From Octopus vulgaris (lineage: Eukaryota), in assembly GCA_951406725.2 (NCBI GenBank), contig OX597832.1, forward strand, positions 68,696,001 through 68,760,000: a stretch of 64,000 nucleotides of DNA, in the 5' to 3' direction. Each line of letters starts with the position of its first letter. Within the stretch, counting starts at the first letter, position 1. The notes under the pieces are model-generated. The model was not told the DNA's origin. It ran no database searches and saw nothing but the letters and a program-made list of their open reading frames with translations. The position numbers were made by a program, and so were the translations under genes. Below are positions 58,378 to 64,000 of the stretch, one piece after another.

Positions 58378-58392
58378 GATGATAATAATAAT

Positions 58393-58450
<58 letters not shown>

Positions 58451-58500
58451 GATTATGAAGATGACAATAATGATGATAATAATAATGATGATGATGATGA
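58170..58500. repeat. (AAT)n array with duplicated aatgaggat interruptions
   Basis: Read directly. Other large simple repeats lie at 35980-36200, 38376-38920, 41040-41250, 41808-41970, 43517-43612, 56730-56850 and 57380-57760. Confidence 0.95.
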
Positions 58501-58701
58501 TAGAGAGAAAAGAAAAAAAATTAAATTTTCTTAAAGAGAGTTTCAATTATTTTACCAATGACTACCTACCTAACCAACATCCCCCCTTACTTACTGTGTA
58601 CACAGACACTCTCTCTCTTTCTCTCAATTTCTGTATATTTTCTCCTCATCTGTCAATACATATATATACACACACATATACACATATACACACACAAACA
58701 T

Positions 58702-58759
<58 letters not shown>

Positions 58760-58906
58760 ACACAAAGTTTCTCTTTCCATAACTCTCTTATTCTCTTTAT
58801 CTCTGTCATTATATATTCATACATATCTGTACATATGTGTGTGTGTATATATATATATGTGTATATACATCTGTTCTATTATCTGCATATTACTTTCACT
58901 CTATCA

Positions 58907-58946
<40 letters not shown>

Positions 58947-59562
58947 AACACACTCCGATAAAACTACCAAGTAATTATTTTAAATGATTCGTATAAAACT
59001 AATTAGCGACATTTATACGTCGGAGCTACAATATCAACGAAGTGAACAGAATCGGTAATCCATTTGATATCAGAGATCGGCAGAAGTCAAAGACTTTATC
59101 ATGCTGTACAGAGAAGGAAAGAAGGCAAATTTGTAATAAATGAATCTTTTCCCAATAAGCTATGTTCATTTAGATAGCAATTTTCAAACTTATCATTTTC
59201 TCTCTCTTGTGAAAGCCAATTCAATTTCTATGAACCACTAGTCAGTTAATTCATCAAATAACAGCACACGTACACATACACACACAAACACACACAAGCA
59301 CACACGTACACACACTCTCACACATTAGGCCAGCTACACACACATGCACTAATACACCAACATATACACAAACACAAATGAAGACACACAAATATGCACA
59401 CATACACCCACAGCAGCCACTACAATTGTATAATCACTTGCCAAACCTTACAGTGAATGTCTGTTGTAACTCAACTTGCTAGAAATAGAAGCCAAATTTC
59501 CTTCAATTCACTCATTATTGTGAAAGATACAACTCACCAGAAAGACTATGAAGGTTTTGATT

Positions 59563-59796
59563 AAGGCAGTGAGCTGGCAGATACGTTAGCATGATGGGCG
59601 AAATGCTTAGTGGTATTTCGTCTGCCGTTATGTTCTGAGTTCAAATTCTGCCAAGATCGACTTTGCCTTTCATCCTTTGGGGGTTGACAAATAAAGTACC
59701 AGTTATGTACTGGGGTCGATGTAGTAGACTTAATCCCTTTGTCTCTCCTTGTTTCTTCCCTCTATGTCTAGCCCTTTGTGGGCAATAAAGAAATAA
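59563..59796 (+). mobile_element. tRNA-derived SINE (Nin/Deu-like central domain) with a ~22-bp target-site duplication
   Basis: A box (gagctggcaga), B box (gagttcaaattc) and gcctttcatccttt..gataaa..gtacc-type domain. TSD gaaag(a/g)ctatgaaggttttgat at 59540-59561 and 59797-59818. Confidence 0.85.
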
Positions 59797-62667
59797 GAAA
59801 GGCTATGAAGGTTTTGATCACAAGTTATCTGGATTAGGTTTGGCCTTGGGTTAAATGACATTATAGCCCCACCACCACCACTACATACTAATATACAAAC
59901 GCCCCCCCCCCCCTCAAACCCTCTCGTATACATACGTAGCAAATACTGCAATGAGTTAACAAGTGAAAGGCAATCAATATGTTCTGATAAAGCTGAACCG
60001 AGATTAAAATTTTTCTGTGACCCCATTATCTTTTTTCTTTCTGTGGTACAAATGGTTTGAGATGTGGTGCATCTGCAATAACATTCTTCAATGTGTCTTT
60101 CAAGGATTGAAACCCTTTTAAACCATTTCTCTGTGGAAATTTAAGTCTTTGTTCCTGTTAATTTAAAAAAATTAATGAAAAATTCAATTGAACAACTGTC
60201 ATCATTAAGCTAGAAGTGGCAAATTGACCAAATCAGTAGATAGTCCTCAAAAATGTTGTATTGCTTGTTTATGTTCTGAGTTCAAATCATGCCAAGGTTA
60301 GCTTTGTCTTTCATCTTTCCCAGCTTGATGATATAAAGTACCAGTGAAGTACTGACAAGCCATTCTATCAATCCCAGCCTGCCTCACAAACTTGCGAATC
60401 TTGCACCTAAATATCAAACCATTTTTAAGCTATTGTCTGGAACATAAATTAACATGAAATTTTGATTGAAATTTTTAATTAAAATTTCTTTAAAACAGGA
60501 ATTTGATCACATCCTCATTTGCATAGGATGGCTGTGGATTTAATATTGTTGCCATTGGCAACAATGCTTGTGTTAGTGGTTTGAGGGTTGTTGTTAATGT
60601 TGTTATTGACAGTGGTAGCAGTGGGAAAACCCAGTCAGTTCTTCCCAAGTAGATTTATAACCAAAAATATTCCATCTTTAACCATTATGCAAAGGTAGAA
60701 TTTAGGTGATATTTCTAACACATAAAGTGACAGAGCGGAGCCTCCTCTCTTTAAACAGTAACTAATCTTAAGCTATTGTGTGTGAAGAGAACAGAAAGTG
60801 TGCTTACTTTTGATGATAATCATAGAAACAACACATGCACATTAGTTTTATCGCATGTGCACAGAGTTTTATCTCATGCTCAGTACTTATATCTCACGCA
60901 TAATAGCTATATCTCATGCAGAAGTTCTTTGTTTATTCTCCATAGATTAGAGTTTGTTTTTTTTATTGTTTCTTGTTCTATTGAAAATATTTGAGAAAGG
61001 GTGGAAACTATATGAAATAAAAAGCTACTGAATATCTATAAGTTATCTGGGGATTTGAATTCTGCAAAATGCTGACAAAGCTTCTGTTTAAAGTAAACCA
61101 ATAAAACGCTTTATTTTAAAACTCTGCTCTTTCAAAGTAATATAATTTGTGGCCTCAGTTTTCACATTAAAATATCATGCAATATCATACAAACTAACAT
61201 TTGAAAGATGATGTTTCGTTTTATGGTCTAGAAAGTGAAAGCAACTGAAGTCAGTGGAGATTGTCATTTGCCAGATGCTCAACAGTGTAATTAAAATGAA
61301 AGAATCATTTTCTTTGCAATTAAAAGTGATTGAAACCTAATATACAAAAATGGTAATAGGCAATTTCTATATATTTTGCAAAACACTTCTAGTTTAATTT
61401 ATTACATATATTTTTAATATAATAGAGAACTAGAATATAAGAATTAGACAGAATAATATTGTTGAAGGCATTTAACAAAATGTCTTTGATTGTATCCAGG
61501 CAAATTTCTGTAAATATGTATGACAAAGACAGAAATGCCAAGCATAGCCTGTTGTTTAAATACTTCATGACCCTGTATCTCTTCGTGTTTATGAAGAGAA
61601 ATTGATCTCTTGGTCTACAGAATGTGGTTTTCAGTATCATGATTTGGTAGCTACCCTAGCAATCAGTTACAATAAAGCCACATGGAAACACATTGTCAGG
61701 AATGACTGACTTAATATTGGCACAGCACTTTGATCAGGGATACTCTTTAGACTGTTGCAGTCCACAATGTCAAGAACCCATTGACCCACTTCATATTGAT
61801 CACAATGGGGTCAACTTCAATTTATCTCTATCATTACACTGTTTCTGCTATTGTATACAAAATGGTCAATACATCACCACAGCACATCTCTATATCTAAA
61901 ACAGTTGCATCGCTTAACTGTTGTTTCTCTGCTGACACTGACCAGCTCTATAACCACAAATCAACTGGAGAAAACTGCTGCTCATCAATACAATAAGCTT
62001 TACACAGTGATGCAGTCTGATATGATACTTAAAGAAGCAATCTTGTTTTAGACTTTCATAACAACTGTTTATACAACAGTTCCAAACTTTTCCAACTAAA
62101 CGAGCATTCCCTGAAACACATGGTTCATTACAACCTAAGTATCAGATTATTAATTAATGCCAACGATGCAACAAAATTAATTGTACTTTTAGTATTCATC
62201 ATATTGATACAAATATCCCATCCAATTTAATTCCCTTCAGTTAGCTCAGAAATGTTAATAATATCATCTATAATTCTCACAGGTGATTGTCATGTAACAG
62301 GGCCGGCTATTTCCTCGATATCTAAACAATTTGGATCCTTCCAGCTTTTTCTTTTCTTTTCACTGTCAAGTTTAACCAAGGAAAATTGTTTTGTTTCCAC
62401 TTTATTATGCTGATTTCTACTGACATCAATGGTTTAACTTTCTGGATCAATAACTGAAATATCACTGTTTAGAATCTATATATTCACTCATGTTAGAAAA
62501 TCAAACCATCTACAATTTTATCACCAAATGTTTAGAAAAATAACTCAAATAAATAAAGAGAAAGGACAATTGCAAAAATTTCCTAAATATGTCCCTGTCA
62601 TAAATATTTTACCCTCCTTTAACATCACAAAAAATGTTAAGGCCCTCTTCCCATGTGCATGATGTAA

Positions 62668-62710
<43 letters not shown>

Positions 62711-63259
62711 GCATACACATACACACACTTGTGTGTGTGCATATATGTGTATGTATATAGACACACACATTTATATGCATATGCACACACATTAATACAC
62801 TCCACTAAAAGCAAATAATCTGATAAAAATGTCAAATGGAAAACAACGACAAAAAACATCTGAAATATTTTCTGATATATCTGATCACCTGACTGAACAG
62901 ATACGGATAGCGACACAGAAATTATTTCTGTCTTTAGTTTCCATATAAATAAACTGAAAACAATATAAATAAACATAATAAATAAACAAAACAAGGTAAA
63001 AATTGTGAAAAATGACATTTCTTAAAAATATACAAACATCGCACTGTGACAAAAATGACTGATTCTTCAGACACACCAAACTGCATACAGTCACAGCCTT
63101 GAAGAATTCTTTTTTAATCGAATCAATCAGCAGCATTACTTTTTTTCCTTAAGTTTGGTACATATTCTGTCAGTCTTTTTTGCCAAACTGCTAAGCTATG
63201 GGGTCATAAACACACCAAAACCAGTTGTCAAGTGGTGGTGAGAGACAAACACATACACA

Positions 63260-63300
<41 letters not shown>

Positions 63301-63414
63301 ATATTTTGGAATGGTCATTTTGCCAGTTTAGCCAATAAAAACACACGCACTATATATTTGGTGTTACTTTGCTTCAGTGTTATTTATTTTTTACATTAAT
63401 CTTAATCTTATTTC

Positions 63415-63458
63415 GGCCAGAGTTCTTTCGTCACACTCCTGTGACCGCATCAGTGGTC
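63415..63458 (-). ncRNA. Hammerhead variant (CUGAUGC core)
   Basis: Minus strand reads gacca CTGATGC g gtcac-aggagt-gtgac GAAA gaac TC tggcc, with a 5-bp helix II. It lies ~120 nt from a (TA)n tract. Confidence 0.6.
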
Positions 63459-63798
63459 CTTTGTTTTCTTCTTTCTTATTTGTGTCTCTCCTTACTAACC
63501 ATCAGCCATTTTGTATTTCTATTGTATGTCTTCATTTGCACATGCTTATATCTCTATGTGCGTTTATGTTTATTTAGTGTGTGTATGTGGGGGGATGCCT
63601 GTAATATTTGTATCTTCTGTTTATATATGTTCATGTAATTTGTATTTTGTTTTTATTGTTTTTGTTTATTCTTATTTTGTTCATGTGTTTACATCCACTT
63701 ATTATTATCATTACATATGCTTGTATGTATAACAACAATACTAGTAATAACAATAATAAATCGAATCGAAAAAAAAATTATTAAAAAATTCTTTTTTT

Positions 63799-63890
<92 letters not shown>

Positions 63891-64000
63891 TTTATTTCTA
63901 TTAGTTTATTTATCTGTATATTTATTATGTTTTCACGATCCTCTATCGTCATATGTTGTGGTGTGCGTTAGTGCTCCATTCTAGTTTTCTATTCAGGCTA

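Noticed and set aside
59563-59660. tRNA gene
   Set aside because: The A/B boxes belong to a SINE head. There is no complete cloverleaf, and it continues into the SINE body with a TSD.

Overview
AT-rich, microsatellite-saturated eukaryotic (non-bacterial) DNA. The repeat families look like those of a coleoid cephalopod, most likely Octopus (inference). Almost all long ORFs in the track are artefacts of (TA)n, (CA)n and (AAT)n repeats. The only host-gene sequence I recognise is one 160-nt internal exon of CCDC39 on the minus strand (46646-46805), so much of the window is probably intronic. The rest is transposon-derived: a 5'-truncated Naiad-type Penelope-like element (PLE) with an open RT/GIY-YIG frame; a young RTE LINE with a PHD finger inside its RT; decayed CR1/L2-like, mariner and Tc1/maT remnants; tRNA-derived SINEs; RTE-tail derivatives; and Helentron-associated non-autonomous elements. 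The most notable hidden layer is about 10 hammerhead-ribozyme or hammerhead-like motifs. These include canonical minimal type I, core variants and type II-like forms, several inside fold-back palindromes. There is also a recurring putative H-type pseudoknot in the RTE 3' UTR family. All alignments and folds were done by eye.
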